A DNA stretch of 63,895 nucleotides, filler included, from Actinomycetota bacterium (GCA_009886115.1; 4 parts of 4 records of this genome joined end to end with filler, not necessarily neighbours in it), one strand, 5' to 3'. Positions 29,382 to 39,492 are shown, counted from the first letter of the whole stretch. Notes: a model not told the origin generated them from the letters alone. A program made the numbers and translations.

Positions 29382-29481
29382 NNNNNNNNNNNNNNNNNNN
29401 NNNNNNNNNNNNNNNNNNNNNNNNNTTAATTAATTAANNNNNNNNNNNNNNNNNNNNNNNNNNNNNNNNNNNNNNNNNNNN
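29382..29481. other. Artificial contig-joining spacer
   Basis: N-run, TTAATTAATTAA (stops in all six frames), N-run. Confidence 0.98.
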
Positions 29482-29506
29482 AGCTTCGCTGAGGAACGGG
29501 ATCGTC

Positions 29507-30355
29507 GTGCGGTACTGGCTGAACGCAGGATTCATCGAGCTCGAGCAACTCGTCCCCATCGCCCGGGCCGCCGAGGCCCACGGGTTCGACGGGATCGCGC
29601 TTCCCGATCACCTCGTGCACCCGGCCGATGTCGCCTCGCGCTATCCCTACAGCGGCGACGGCCACATGACATGGCCGTCCGACAGCGTGTGGCCCGACGT
29701 GTGGATCGCCATCGCAGCCATGGCCCAGGCGACCGAACGCATCACCTTCTCGACCGGCGTGCACATCGCGCCGCTGCGCGATCCTTTCAGCCTGGCCAAG
29801 GCGATCGGCACCGTCGCCATCCTGTCGGGTTCGCGGCTGGTGTGCGGCTTCGGGACGGGCTGGATGAAGGAGGAGTTCGATCTCCTGGGCGTCGACTTCG
29901 CCTCGCGAGGCGCGCGCTTCGACGAGATGCTCGAGGTGATGGCGCTGCTGTTCACGGGCGACGAGTGCGAGTACCACGGGCGCCACTTCGACTTCGCGCC
30001 GCTGCGCATGTGCCCGGGGCCGGGATCCGTCCCGATCCTCATCGGCGGCAACACGGCGCCGGCGCTTCGGCGCGCCGCCCGTCACGACGGATGGATCGGC
30101 TCTCACTCCAGCATCATCGAGACGGCCGCTCTCGTCGAGTCGCTCCGCGTCCAACGGGCCGAGGGCGGTCGCTCCGCTGAGCCGTTCCGCATCGTGCTCA
30201 CCGGTTCGGGGCGCTTCAGCACCGATGACGCGCTCGCTCTGGGCGACCTCGGCGTCGACACGCTCACGGTGCCGGTGCGGGCCCTGACCCGCGGTGCCAG
30301 CCTCGAGGAGCGCCTCGCTGGAATCGCTCGCTTCGCCGCGAGCGTCTCCGCATGA
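29507..30355 (+). CDS. LLM-class F420-dependent oxidoreductase
   Basis: PDHLVHP, LSGSRLVCGFGTGWMKEEF, RGARFDE, ILIGG. Confidence 0.88.
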   Translation: MRYWLNAGFIELEQLVPIARAAEAHGFDGIALPDHLVHPADVASRYPYSGDGHMTWPSDSVWPDVWIAIAAMAQATERITFSTGVHIAPLRDPFSLAKAIGTVAILSGSRLVCGFGTGWMKEEFDLLGVDFASRGARFDEMLEVMALLFTGDECEYHGRHFDFAPLRMCPGPGSVPILIGGNTAPALRRAARHDGWIGSHSSIIETAALVESLRVQRAEGGRSAEPFRIVLTGSGRFSTDDALALGDLGVDTLTVPVRALTRGASLEERLAGIARFAASVSA

Positions 30356-31215
30356 GCGACTCGCTGCCTCTGCCGGGTGAGGCCACACCTCCGGTGACGA
30401 TCATCACCGGGTGCTCGAGCGGCATCGGCCTGGCCACCGCCGTGCGCCTCGCCGAAGCGGGTCACCACGTGGTCGCGACGATGCGCGACCTCACCCGCGG
30501 CGGGCCGCTTCGCGATGCGCTCTCCGAGGCGGGTGTCGAAGCGGCGGTCGACGTCCTCGACGTCACCGACGACGCGTCCGTGATGGCGGCCGTCGCCGGC
30601 GTGCTCGAGCGCCACGGGCGGGTCGATGTGCTCGTGAGCAACGCCGGCCGGGCCTACGAGGGCACGACCGAGGAGCTGACCGTCGACGACTTCCAGTCCT
30701 CGATCGACGTCAACTTCCTCGGTGCCGTCCGTGTCATCAAGGCCGTGCTGCCGTCGATGCGGACGGCGGGCCAGGGCCGGATCATCGCGGTGTCGAGCAT
30801 CTCGGGGGTCTTCGGCCAGCCATTCAACGATGCGTACTGCGCTGCCAAGTTCGCCCTCGAGGGATTGGTGGAATCGCTCGCCCCCGTGGCCGCGAGCTTC
30901 GGCGTACGGGTGTCGCTCCTCGAGCCCGGTCCGGTCAAGGGGGGCATGGTCGAACGGGCCGGCGGGGTCGGCGTCGCCGGCCCCGAAAGCGTCTATGGCG
31001 CCCTACGTGAGCGTTTTGCGGAGGTGCAGCACGCCGGCTACGAGCACGCTCCCCAGCCCGAGGCGGTGGCTGAGGTCATCGCGCAGATCACCTCCGAGGC
31101 CAACCCGGCACTCCGCTACCAGACCTCGCGCGCCATCGCCCGCCTGCTCGGCGTCAAGCTCGCCGACCCCACCGGCCAGCCCATCGTCGACCTCACCCGC
31201 TCCTGGCTCACCTGA
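30352..31215 (+). CDS. SDR (17-beta-HSD-like subgroup)
   Basis: TGCSSGIG, VATMRD, YCAAKFALEG. Confidence 0.88.
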   Translation: MSDSLPLPGEATPPVTIITGCSSGIGLATAVRLAEAGHHVVATMRDLTRGGPLRDALSEAGVEAAVDVLDVTDDASVMAAVAGVLERHGRVDVLVSNAGRAYEGTTEELTVDDFQSSIDVNFLGAVRVIKAVLPSMRTAGQGRIIAVSSISGVFGQPFNDAYCAAKFALEGLVESLAPVAASFGVRVSLLEPGPVKGGMVERAGGVGVAGPESVYGALRERFAEVQHAGYEHAPQPEAVAEVIAQITSEANPALRYQTSRAIARLLGVKLADPTGQPIVDLTRSWLT

Positions 31216-31250
31216 GGCACGGTCGCCGCCGACCCCGAGTGCCCCGCGAA

Positions 31251-31310
31251 TCCTCGACCAAGTGTGGGTACCACCCCGCATTTCCCGGACAACTCACTCC
31301 TGGTCGAGGA
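31251..31310. repeat. Long imperfect hairpin between convergent genes
   Basis: TCCTCGACCA (31251-31260) pairs with TGGTCGAGGA (31301-31310). Confidence 0.65.
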
Positions 31311-31333
31311 CCTCGGGTGCCGAGGTCGAACAT

Positions 31334-32476
31334 TCAGCGCATCCGAGGAAGGCCGAACTGGCGCTCGGCGATGTTGTTGCGGTTGATCTCGCTGGTGCCG
31401 CCCTGCAGGGTCTGGGGCGTCGAATGCCGAACGTCGTAGTCGATCCAACCGTCGGCCGCAGCCCCGGCCTCGTGGAAGCGCAGCAGCCCGTCGGCGCCGG
31501 CCGTGGCCTGGGCCCAACGGGCCGCCCGCTGGTAGGCCTCGGTGGCGTACACCTTGGCGACGGAGCCCTCGGTGCCCGGGCCCTCGCCGGTGGCGATCGT
31601 CCAGACGGTGCGCTGGGTGAGCAACTCGGCCACCTGGGCCTCGATGGCGAGCTGGGCCATGTGGTCGCGCACGAGCGGATCGTCGATCGTCCCCGACTCG
31701 GTGGCCCACTGGGCGAACCGGCGCAGCAGCGGGGTGAGCGCGCCCGTGTTGCCCAAGCCGCGCTCGAAGGCGAGCATGATGCCCATCGTCCGCCAGCCCT
31801 CGTGGGCCTCGCCCACGAGGCACTCGTCGCCGACGCGCACGTCGTCGTAGAAGGTGGCGTTCGAGCGTTCGGTCCCCATGGTCCACACCGGATCGACGGT
31901 GATCCCCGGGGTGCTCATGGGGATGATGAACGTGGTGAAGCCACCGTAGCGACCGGCCGACGCATCGCTGCGGGCCAACAGGAACACCCAGTCGGCCACA
32001 TGGCCCATGGTCGTCCACATCTTGGCGCCGTTGATGATCCAGCCGTCGTCGGTCTCGTTGCGGACGGCCCTGGTCTTGATACGGGGAAGGTCGCTGCCGC
32101 CGTCGGGCTCGGTGAGGCCGAAGCACACGAGCTCTCGCCCCGACAGCAAGCCGGGGGTGATCCGGCGTCGCTGTTCGTCGGTACCCAGTTGCGCCAAAAC
32201 CCCGGCGATGCTGGTGGCCATCCCGCCGGCGTCGAAGGGTGCGCCGAACTTCTCGGCCTCGCTCGACACGAGCCACATGTCGACGGGGTCCTGGCCGGGG
32301 CCGGGCATGGCCCGAGCGAGGATGCCCGCGTCGCCCAGAGCCTCGATGAAGCCCGGCGCGTGGTTCGTACCGCTGCGATGGGTCTCGTCGATGACCTCGG
32401 CGGTGACGGTGGCCGTCATGATCTCGCGCATCTGGCGACGCAACTCGAGATGCTCGTCCGACAGGCTGAAGTCCAT
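31334..32476 (-). CDS. Acyl-CoA dehydrogenase (full-motif subunit)
   Basis: GLTEPDGGSD, NGAKMWT, LAFER, GGTSEINRN. Confidence 0.92.
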   Translation of the reverse strand: MDFSLSDEHLELRRQMREIMTATVTAEVIDETHRSGTNHAPGFIEALGDAGILARAMPGPGQDPVDMWLVSSEAEKFGAPFDAGGMATSIAGVLAQLGTDEQRRRITPGLLSGRELVCFGLTEPDGGSDLPRIKTRAVRNETDDGWIINGAKMWTTMGHVADWVFLLARSDASAGRYGGFTTFIIPMSTPGITVDPVWTMGTERSNATFYDDVRVGDECLVGEAHEGWRTMGIMLAFERGLGNTGALTPLLRRFAQWATESGTIDDPLVRDHMAQLAIEAQVAELLTQRTVWTIATGEGPGTEGSVAKVYATEAYQRAARWAQATAGADGLLRFHEAGAAADGWIDYDVRHSTPQTLQGGTSEINRNNIAERQFGLPRMR

Positions 32477-32477
32477 G

Positions 32478-33557
32478 TCAGGCCCTTCCGGCGGTGATCG
32501 CACGACCCGCACCCACACCCGCCGTCGACCCTGGCGGCGGCCACAGCATGTCGGCGAGCCTGAGCCTCTCGCGGGCCGGATCGCCCAGGATGTTCGCCCA
32601 GCCGCGCGCCCGGCGGAAGTAGAGCTGGATGTCGTATTCCTTCGAGAACCCGTATCCGCCGTGGTAGTGCAAGCTCCGGTCGGTGCACACCGCGGCGGCC
32701 TCGCCGGCTTGGAGGAACGCCATCGATGCCAGCGCGCAATGCTCGGTGATCTCGCCCTCGTCCATGTCGATCACCCCGGCAGCACCGACACGGCCGTTGT
32801 CGCCGGCCCACGCCGCCTTGTGGGCGAGGAAACGAGCTCCGTCGATGAGCGCGGGGAAGTCGGCCAAGCCGTGCTGGATTGCCTGGTACGAACCGATGGT
32901 GCGTCCGAACTGCTCGCGTTCGCGTACGTAGGCCAGCCCGATGTCGAGCGCCGCGGTAGCAACGCCCACGAGCGCCGACGCCGTGAGCATCCGCCATTCG
33001 GCGAGGGCCCGATCGAAGGCCGACGCCGGTCCCAGCACAACGCGATCGCCCAGGCGTGCGCTGCGATCGGCGATGGGGGCGCACGCGTGATTCGCGGGCG
33101 CCACACCAGGCGGTGCAGCGTGCACGGCCACGGTCTCGTCACCGTCGATGCCGATCACGACGTTCGCCACCGCACCAGCCGGCGCCAGGCGCCACAGGCC
33201 CGAGCCGTCGGCCGGGTGCAACGCGATCGTGGCGATCAGGTCACCGCTGACGATGGCGGCCTCGGGGTGCAACCGCGAAGCGACGAGGTGCTCGACGAGG
33301 GGGACAGGCGCTGCCGCCCGGCCCAAGGCCTCGGCCACGACGACCAGATCGGCGAGTGCCGCTCCCCCGCCCCCGGCCTCGACGGGGAGACCCATGCCGG
33401 GCGCGTCGAAGCCCTGCAATGCCGTCCACAGCATGGGGCTGTGCCCGAGCGGCTCGGCCTCGCGGACCACCTCGGTGGGGCACTCCTTGGCCAGGAACGA
33501 CGAGAACAGGTCGCTGATCGATTCCTGATCGGGCGAGAGCCCGAACTCGAGGGCCAT
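32478..33557 (-). CDS. Acyl-CoA dehydrogenase-like partner subunit
   Basis: REQFGRTIGSYQAIQH, HGGYGF..EYD; lacks the TEPxxGSD motif. Confidence 0.88.
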   Translation of the reverse strand: MALEFGLSPDQESISDLFSSFLAKECPTEVVREAEPLGHSPMLWTALQGFDAPGMGLPVEAGGGGAALADLVVVAEALGRAAAPVPLVEHLVASRLHPEAAIVSGDLIATIALHPADGSGLWRLAPAGAVANVVIGIDGDETVAVHAAPPGVAPANHACAPIADRSARLGDRVVLGPASAFDRALAEWRMLTASALVGVATAALDIGLAYVREREQFGRTIGSYQAIQHGLADFPALIDGARFLAHKAAWAGDNGRVGAAGVIDMDEGEITEHCALASMAFLQAGEAAAVCTDRSLHYHGGYGFSKEYDIQLYFRRARGWANILGDPARERLRLADMLWPPPGSTAGVGAGRAITAGRA

Positions 33558-34585
33558 CAGAGCACTCCGATCCTGGGAGCCCGACCGGTGGCCTGGATGC
33601 GCGACCCGATCTCGAACTCCAGCGTGCGCCAATCGCCGAGCCGGCGGTCGACGAGGTACGAGCGACGCAGGTAACGATGGAACTCGTGCTCCCACGTGAA
33701 CCCGATCGCGCCATATGTCTGCTGCGCCTGGGTGCAGGTCAGCTCGGCGGCCCGGCCTGCCGCGGCCTTGGCCACGAGCGCGACCCAGGGGTCGCGCCGT
33801 CTCGCCGCTTCGTCGACGATGTGACGGGCGCCCACGATCAGCGTGTGGGCACTGGCGATGCGGTGCTGAAGGGCCTGAAAGCTGCCGATGGCCCGACCGT
33901 ACTGCTTGCGTTCGCCGGCGTAGGCCACGGCCGTGGCGAGCACCCGTGTACCGATCCCGATCAGCTCGGCGGCCGAGGTCCACCGCCCGAGCGCCACGGC
34001 CGTTCCCCATGCGGCTCGGGCTTCGGGCCCATCGAAGATGACGGCATCGGTGGCAGCCACGACGGCCTCGACACGCGCGGGATGCTGGCCGCTCTCCTCG
34101 AGGACGGCCGCACAGTGCGACGCGCCGAGGTCGGCCGCTGTGGCGCCGACGAGGTGCGCGAGGCCGATACGACCCTCGCCACATTCGACCGGAACGAGCA
34201 GCCCCGATCCCGCGGCCGGCCCGGGCCCGGGTCCGAGTAGCACGCCCGACACCACGACACTCGTCCCGTCGACATACGACGTGAGCTCGTCGGGATGCAG
34301 CGACGACGGCAGCACCAGCGAGGCTGCAGCCAACTCGGGAGTTCCGAGTGACTCGGCCAGGCTCCGAGCCAGCAACGGGCTCAGGGGATCGGCATCCGAG
34401 AGCGTCCCGCCGCTGATCTCGAACAGCGCCTGCAGCGCGCTCGGCGCATCGTCGGCGACGACGTCGTCCCAGCCCAGCTCGGCGAGGCGCACGTCGAGCG
34501 CGACCGACGAGCGCTCGGTGAGCACCTTCGTGAGGCTCGAGCGCAGCATCTCGAGGAGCTCGGGTTCCATCACCGTGTCCGTCAC
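33557..34585 (-). CDS. Acyl-CoA dehydrogenase-like partner subunit
   Basis: RKQYGRAIGSFQALQH, GAIGFTWEH; lacks the TEPxxGSD motif. Confidence 0.88.
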   Translation of the reverse strand: MTDTVMEPELLEMLRSSLTKVLTERSSVALDVRLAELGWDDVVADDAPSALQALFEISGGTLSDADPLSPLLARSLAESLGTPELAAASLVLPSSLHPDELTSYVDGTSVVVSGVLLGPGPGPAAGSGLLVPVECGEGRIGLAHLVGATAADLGASHCAAVLEESGQHPARVEAVVAATDAVIFDGPEARAAWGTAVALGRWTSAAELIGIGTRVLATAVAYAGERKQYGRAIGSFQALQHRIASAHTLIVGARHIVDEAARRRDPWVALVAKAAAGRAAELTCTQAQQTYGAIGFTWEHEFHRYLRRSYLVDRRLGDWRTLEFEIGSRIQATGRAPRIGVL

Positions 34586-35718
34586 GACTCCCTCGGCATC
34601 CCGAGGACGCGCTGGGCCACGAGCATCCGCTGGATCTCCTGCGAGCCCCCGTAGATCGGCGCGGCCCGGCTGAAGAAGAACTCACCGCGCAACCAGTGGA
34701 GCTCGTCGTCGAGCTCGAACGAGGCCCCGAGGTGGTGGCGGATCGCGTCCCACGTCGCCAGCTCGGCGTCGACGATCAGCAGCTTGTCGATCGACACCTC
34801 GGGCCCGAGCGTCTCCTCGGCCGCCAAGCGGTTCACGGTGTCGCGAGTGCGCAGACGGAGCGCCGTGGTGAGGGCGTAGGCCCGTCCGAGCTCGGCGGCG
34901 GCGGCAGGCGAAGGAACGCCATGCTCGAGGGCTCGCTCGATCCGGTTGTGGAAGCGGCCCTGCTGGATCCAGCCCCAGGCGCCGCGCTCCCACTGGAGCA
35001 TGTACATGGCGATCGCCCAACCTTGGCCGAGCGTGCCGATCACCCGATCGGCGGGAAGGTACGCGCCGTCGAGGAAGATCTCCGAGAAGTGGTTCTCGCC
35101 GTCCTCGGCGCGGATGGGACGGACGTCGACGCCGGGCTGGTCGAGATCGAGCAGCACCATGGTGAGGCCACGATGGCCGGGCTCGCCGGAACGCGCGAGC
35201 AGCACCGAGCGCCTGGCCAGATGCCCGTAGGTCGACCAGACCTTCTGGCCGGTGATCCGCCAGCCTTCGCCGTCGGGCTCCATCCGGGTGCGCAGTGCCG
35301 CCAGGTCGCTCCCGGCATCGGGTTCCGAGAAGGCCTGGGCCCAGCCCTCGTCGCCCCTCAGCAACGACGGCAACAGTGCGTCGGCCAGGTGCGGCGCGTA
35401 CACGAGCAGGACGGGCACCAGGATCTCGAGCGTCGTGAACGCCTCGGGGATCAGGATGTCGTGCGCCCACAGGGCATCGAACATCGCGGCCCGGAATCGA
35501 GGATCGCCGTCGAGACCCCCGCAGCGGGTCGGCCAGCCCAGGCGCGACCAGCCTTCATCGAAGAGCAGCCGCTGGAGGTTGCTCAGATGCGCAGCGCCGC
35601 CCTCGAAGTCGTGCGGCCGATACCCGAGGTACGGCGCCACACGAGGATCGGAGCCCAAGAAGCCCGACAGCGCCTCGGCGTATGCGGTGGGAGACGGATA
35701 CGCGGGATGCTCGATCAT
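34582..35718 (-). CDS. Acyl-CoA dehydrogenase (full-motif subunit)
   Basis: FSEPDAGSD, GQKVWS, LQWER, GGSQEIQR. Confidence 0.92.
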   Translation of the reverse strand: MIEHPAYPSPTAYAEALSGFLGSDPRVAPYLGYRPHDFEGGAAHLSNLQRLLFDEGWSRLGWPTRCGGLDGDPRFRAAMFDALWAHDILIPEAFTTLEILVPVLLVYAPHLADALLPSLLRGDEGWAQAFSEPDAGSDLAALRTRMEPDGEGWRITGQKVWSTYGHLARRSVLLARSGEPGHRGLTMVLLDLDQPGVDVRPIRAEDGENHFSEIFLDGAYLPADRVIGTLGQGWAIAMYMLQWERGAWGWIQQGRFHNRIERALEHGVPSPAAAAELGRAYALTTALRLRTRDTVNRLAAEETLGPEVSIDKLLIVDAELATWDAIRHHLGASFELDDELHWLRGEFFFSRAAPIYGGSQEIQRMLVAQRVLGMPRES

Positions 35719-35731
35719 GGCGACGGCAGCC

Positions 35732-36640
35732 TCAGGCGCTGGCGGTCGTGATGTAGTCGGCACCGAAGCGCTCGACGAGCTCGATGGTCGCCGACGGCTC
35801 CAGGCTCGGCGCCGGAACGATCAGGTGCGTCACCCCGGCTGCCTCCATGCTCCCCATGGCTTCGCGATGGCGCTCGACCTCGGCCTTGGGGGCTGCGAAC
35901 GTCTCGTCCATGTAAGCCATGGCCACAGCGAGGGACGGCCCGCGATCGCCGGCCTGCTCGCGCATCACCGTGACCTGGGCTGCGATGTCGTCGAGCGTCG
36001 CCATCTCACGGGTGCGGGCGGTCACCGAGAGCTCGGGCGGCCCCGTGAGCGGCATCCACCCCTGGGCCCGCTCCGCCACCCGTCTGATCGTGATCTTGGC
36101 GTTGCCTCCGATCCAGATCGGGATGGGATCCTGCACCGGCTTGGGTCGGGCGATCACGTCACGGGCCGTGAAGTGGCGTCCCTGGTAGCTGAACGGTTCG
36201 CCCTTCCAGTGCAGACCCAGCACATCGAGCGCCTCGTCGAAGAGGGCGTTGCGCTCGTCGAAGTCGACACCGAGCGCGAAGAACTCCGACTTCAGGTACC
36301 CGGTGCCGACCCCGAGGATGAACCGTCCGTTGGAGAGCTTGTCGACGGTGGCCGCGGCCTTGGCGAGCAGGAACGGGTTGCGGTACGGCACCACCGCCAG
36401 GTACGTGAGCAAGCGGATCCGCTTGGTCACCGCGGCGACGTGCCCCAAAGCCACGAAGGGGTCGAGGGTCTGGTGGCCTCCCGCGCCGAGCCAGCGCGCC
36501 CCGGGGACGGGATGCTCGGTGAAGGCCATCCCGTCCCATCCCGTGCGCTCGAGCGCGACGGCCACGTCGGCCGGCGGACCCGAGTCGAGCAGGTCGGCAT
36601 CGATGCCGTTGCACTCCGGGTACTGATAGATGAACTTCAC
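35732..36640 (-). CDS. LLM-class F420-dependent oxidoreductase
   Basis: FTEHP, PYRNPFLLAK, LSNGRFILGVGTGY, IWIGGN. Confidence 0.88.
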   Translation of the reverse strand: MKFIYQYPECNGIDADLLDSGPPADVAVALERTGWDGMAFTEHPVPGARWLGAGGHQTLDPFVALGHVAAVTKRIRLLTYLAVVPYRNPFLLAKAAATVDKLSNGRFILGVGTGYLKSEFFALGVDFDERNALFDEALDVLGLHWKGEPFSYQGRHFTARDVIARPKPVQDPIPIWIGGNAKITIRRVAERAQGWMPLTGPPELSVTARTREMATLDDIAAQVTVMREQAGDRGPSLAVAMAYMDETFAAPKAEVERHREAMGSMEAAGVTHLIVPAPSLEPSATIELVERFGADYITTASA

Positions 36641-36721
36641 GTCTGGCCTCCTGGCGGGCGGGTGCGGTGCGGGCCCGTACGAAAGCCGTCGAGAGCCGAC
36701 GGCCAGCGCCCGGGGCGTGAC

Positions 36722-37570
36722 TCAGGCCTTCTTGGCGGCCTCGCGTGCTTCGTTGGCCTTGAGCCCTTCCTTCATCCCCTCGAGCCGCATGAGGATCGGG
36801 AACCCGGTGATGCTCATGGCGTTGCCGTGACCCGTGTGGTGGATGTCGAAGACCGACTGCAGCGCCGCGTAGTACCCCTGCACGTCGAGTGTCTGGTTCA
36901 CGGCTCGCTTGGCCTGGGCCAGACCGAAGGCGTTGTGCTGGGAGATGTGATGGGCCAGCTCCATGGTCTCCTCCCACAGCTGCTCGCGGGGGTGCACCGA
37001 CCGCACCAGGCCGAACTGGAGCGCCTCGGCAGCGGTGAAGGCCCGCTGGGTGAAGAGCATGTCCTTGGCCCGACGGGCGCCGAGCTCCCAGGTGTGGCCG
37101 TGGTACTCGACGCCGCCGATGGCCATCATCACGACCGGGTCCTCGAAACGGGCGTCCTCGGACGCGACGATGAGGTCCATGGGCCACAAGAGGTTGAGGG
37201 CCCCCGCGATGCAGCGGCCCTGCACCGCGGCGATGGTGGGCTTGGGGATGTTGCGCCACTTCCACGAGTACCCGAAGTACTTCTTGGCCTCCCAGCGGTA
37301 CATCTTGTGGAGCTGGTAGCGCCCGTCGGGCTCGGCCAGCGAGACCTGGTCGGGATCGCCCGTGTTGAGGTCGTGGCCGGCCGAGAAGTGCTTGCCGTTG
37401 GCCCTCAGCACGATCACCCCTACGTCGTCGTCGCGCTCGGCGCGGTCGAAGCAGGCGTCGAGCTCGTCGAGCATGCGCTCGTTCTGCGAGTTGGCCTTGT
37501 CGGCCCGGTCGAGGGTGATCGCCGCCACCCGCCCGTCGATCTCGTACTGCACGTACTTGTGCTCACCCAT
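36722..37570 (-). CDS. Enoyl-CoA hydratase/isomerase family protein
   Basis: FSAGHDL, KPTIAAVQGRCIAGA. Confidence 0.88.
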   Translation of the reverse strand: MGEHKYVQYEIDGRVAAITLDRADKANSQNERMLDELDACFDRAERDDDVGVIVLRANGKHFSAGHDLNTGDPDQVSLAEPDGRYQLHKMYRWEAKKYFGYSWKWRNIPKPTIAAVQGRCIAGALNLLWPMDLIVASEDARFEDPVVMMAIGGVEYHGHTWELGARRAKDMLFTQRAFTAAEALQFGLVRSVHPREQLWEETMELAHHISQHNAFGLAQAKRAVNQTLDVQGYYAALQSVFDIHHTGHGNAMSITGFPILMRLEGMKEGLKANEAREAAKKA

Positions 37571-37682
37571 TGCTCGCTCCTGGTTCTCGGTTCGGCCCGT
37601 GTCGTTCGGGCGTCGTGCGGGCCGCAGAGGCCACCTGGCCCATCGTGCCCTTCGCGGCCGGCTGCGGTCGACACCGGCGTCG

Positions 37683-37700
37683 GTTGACGATACCGTCAAC
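37683..37700. promoter_or_regulatory. Palindromic operator candidate, copy 1 (GTTGACG-ATAC-CGTCAAC)
   Basis: Perfect 7-bp inverted repeat upstream of the hydratase-LLM-ACAD run. Confidence 0.7.
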
Positions 37701-37754
37701 TTTCTGTGAAAGCCACTCTGGCGGGGCCCGGACGCGGGCCTGAAGCTGAGCAGC

Positions 37755-38423
37755 TCAGGCTGAGGTGCCCCACAGACCGAGCAACTCGTCGGAGCTCACG
37801 ACGGTGGCGATCAGTGTGAGCGAGTTGTCGATCACCTGCTGCGCGTACTCGACGGGAACGCCGGCGACGGCGTCACGCACCACCACGACCTGATAGCCCA
37901 GATCGAGCGCCGTCATCGCCATCCCGAAGATCCCGAGGTTGACCGAGACCCCCGTGGCGACGACGGTCCGGATCCCCATGTTCCGCAGGATCTGATCGAG
38001 CGAAGTCGACGTGAACGGTGTCATCCCGTGGCCTCGGGCGACGACGATGTCGCTCTCTTCCTGGCCCACGGCGGCAACGACCTGCGCGCCGAACGTGCCG
38101 GCTTCGGTCGCGTAGTGGCCCGTCTCGCGCTTGCCCCGTCCGGCGAGGTTGAAGATCTTGCAGTTCTCGACGAACCCGGCGCCGTCGGGACGGGTCTCAA
38201 CGGTGCAGTGCACGACGCGGGCTCCCACGCTGCGGGCCGCGGCGCAGACCCGACCGGCGGCCTGGAGCGTGCCCGCTCGTTTCACCTCGTTCACCAGATC
38301 GGGCAGCATCACGTCGTCGCCGACGACACCCTCCTGCAGCTCCATCGTCAACACCGCCGTGTGTGCCGGCACCACCAGCTCAGCCAAGCGTCGTCGGGCC
38401 TTGGCTTCACGCTCATCGGTCAT
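37755..38423 (-). CDS. Isochorismatase/cysteine-hydrolase-fold protein with a non-canonical active site
   Basis: TAVLTMELQ, LDQILRNMGIRTVVATGVSVN, GYQVVVVRDAVAG. Confidence 0.8.
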   Translation of the reverse strand: MTDEREAKARRRLAELVVPAHTAVLTMELQEGVVGDDVMLPDLVNEVKRAGTLQAAGRVCAAARSVGARVVHCTVETRPDGAGFVENCKIFNLAGRGKRETGHYATEAGTFGAQVVAAVGQEESDIVVARGHGMTPFTSTSLDQILRNMGIRTVVATGVSVNLGIFGMAMTALDLGYQVVVVRDAVAGVPVEYAQQVIDNSLTLIATVVSSDELLGLWGTSA

Positions 38424-38549
38424 CGTCGTCTCCGAGTCGGTGTTCCGCCTGTGCGGCGGTGGGTCGGTAGGGGCCGGTGCGGCAGTGGGCGGTGCTGAGG
38501 TGGGGCAGGAGCCGCGGTGCTGCGGCGTGGTGGCGGGAGAGCGCCGAGC

Positions 38550-39449
38550 TCAGCCGCCGAGCCCCACGGGGATGGTGCCGAAGAGCTTGCGGATGCCGAT
38601 GCTGAGCTCGTCGACGGTGAGCTCCTCGCCCGTCGCCGAGCGGTAGCCGCCCTCGACGCTCCAGCCCTTGACCCGCTGCACCGTGTTGCCGTCGACCCGG
38701 AGCACCGAGCCGCTGAGCCAGCCCGACTGTTCGCTGCACAACCACGCCACCACGGGCGAGGCGTTGGCCGGGTCGAGCGGGTCCCAGCCGCCGGCGCCAT
38801 CAGCGGTACGACCGACCGTCGCCAGCATGCGGGTTGCCGCGATCGGTGAGAGGGCGTTGGCCGTCACCCCGTAGCGGTGCATCTCGAGGGCGATGATCTG
38901 CGTGAGCGTGGCGATGGCCGACTTGGCCGAGCCGTAGTTGGCCTGGCCGACGTTGGCGAACAATCCGGCGCCCGAGGTGGTGTTGACGATCCGTCCCGAC
39001 ACGGGCTTGCCCGCCTTGCCCTGGTCGCGCCAGTACCCGCAGGCGTGACGGGCGAGCGAGAACGTTCCCTTCAGGTGCACGGCGATCACGGCGTCGAAGT
39101 CGTCCTCGGTCATCGAGGTGATCATGCGATCGCGCAAGAACCCGGCGTTGTTGACGACCGCGTGGAGATCGCCGAACTGGGCCACCGTGCGCTCGACGAG
39201 GCCGGCCATCCCGGACCAGTCGGTGACCGAGGTGGTGTCGGCGATCGCCGTCGCGCCGATGTCCGTGAGCTCGCCGACGACGGCCTCGGCCGGTGAGAGC
39301 TCGTTGTCCTCAGCCTCGCCCTTGACCCCGACCCCGAGGTCGTTCACGACCACCGTCGCCCCCTGGCGGGCCAGCTCGTGGCAGTGGCTACGCCCGAGCC
39401 CACGCCCCGCGCCGGTCACGATGACCACGCGTCCATCCAGCAATCCCAT
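38550..39449 (-). CDS. SDR (MFE-2/3-hydroxyacyl-CoA dehydrogenase-like)
   Basis: TGAGRGLG, VVNDLG, NNAGFLRD, NYGSAK. Confidence 0.9.
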   Translation of the reverse strand: MGLLDGRVVIVTGAGRGLGRSHCHELARQGATVVVNDLGVGVKGEAEDNELSPAEAVVGELTDIGATAIADTTSVTDWSGMAGLVERTVAQFGDLHAVVNNAGFLRDRMITSMTEDDFDAVIAVHLKGTFSLARHACGYWRDQGKAGKPVSGRIVNTTSGAGLFANVGQANYGSAKSAIATLTQIIALEMHRYGVTANALSPIAATRMLATVGRTADGAGGWDPLDPANASPVVAWLCSEQSGWLSGSVLRVDGNTVQRVKGWSVEGGYRSATGEELTVDELSIGIRKLFGTIPVGLGG

Positions 39450-39474
39450 GACGATCAGCCCCATCGTGCGTGTT

Positions 39475-39492
39475 GTTGACGATCGTGTCACC
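39475..39492. promoter_or_regulatory. Palindromic operator candidate, copy 2 (GTTGACGATCGTGTCACC)
   Basis: In the divergent SDR/LLM intergenic region, ~25 bp from the SDR start. Confidence 0.6.

Noticed and set aside
29382..29481. TTAATTAATTAA inside N-runs (also 42843-42942 and 57527-57625)
   Set aside because: Artificial six-frame-stop contig linker; gene adjacency across it is meaningless
32478..34685. Apparent 735-aa ACAD, and similar N-terminal extensions (41061-42842, 14059-15747, 10638-11996)
   Set aside because: Extensions are off-frame overlaps with the real upstream genes; true starts lie downstream
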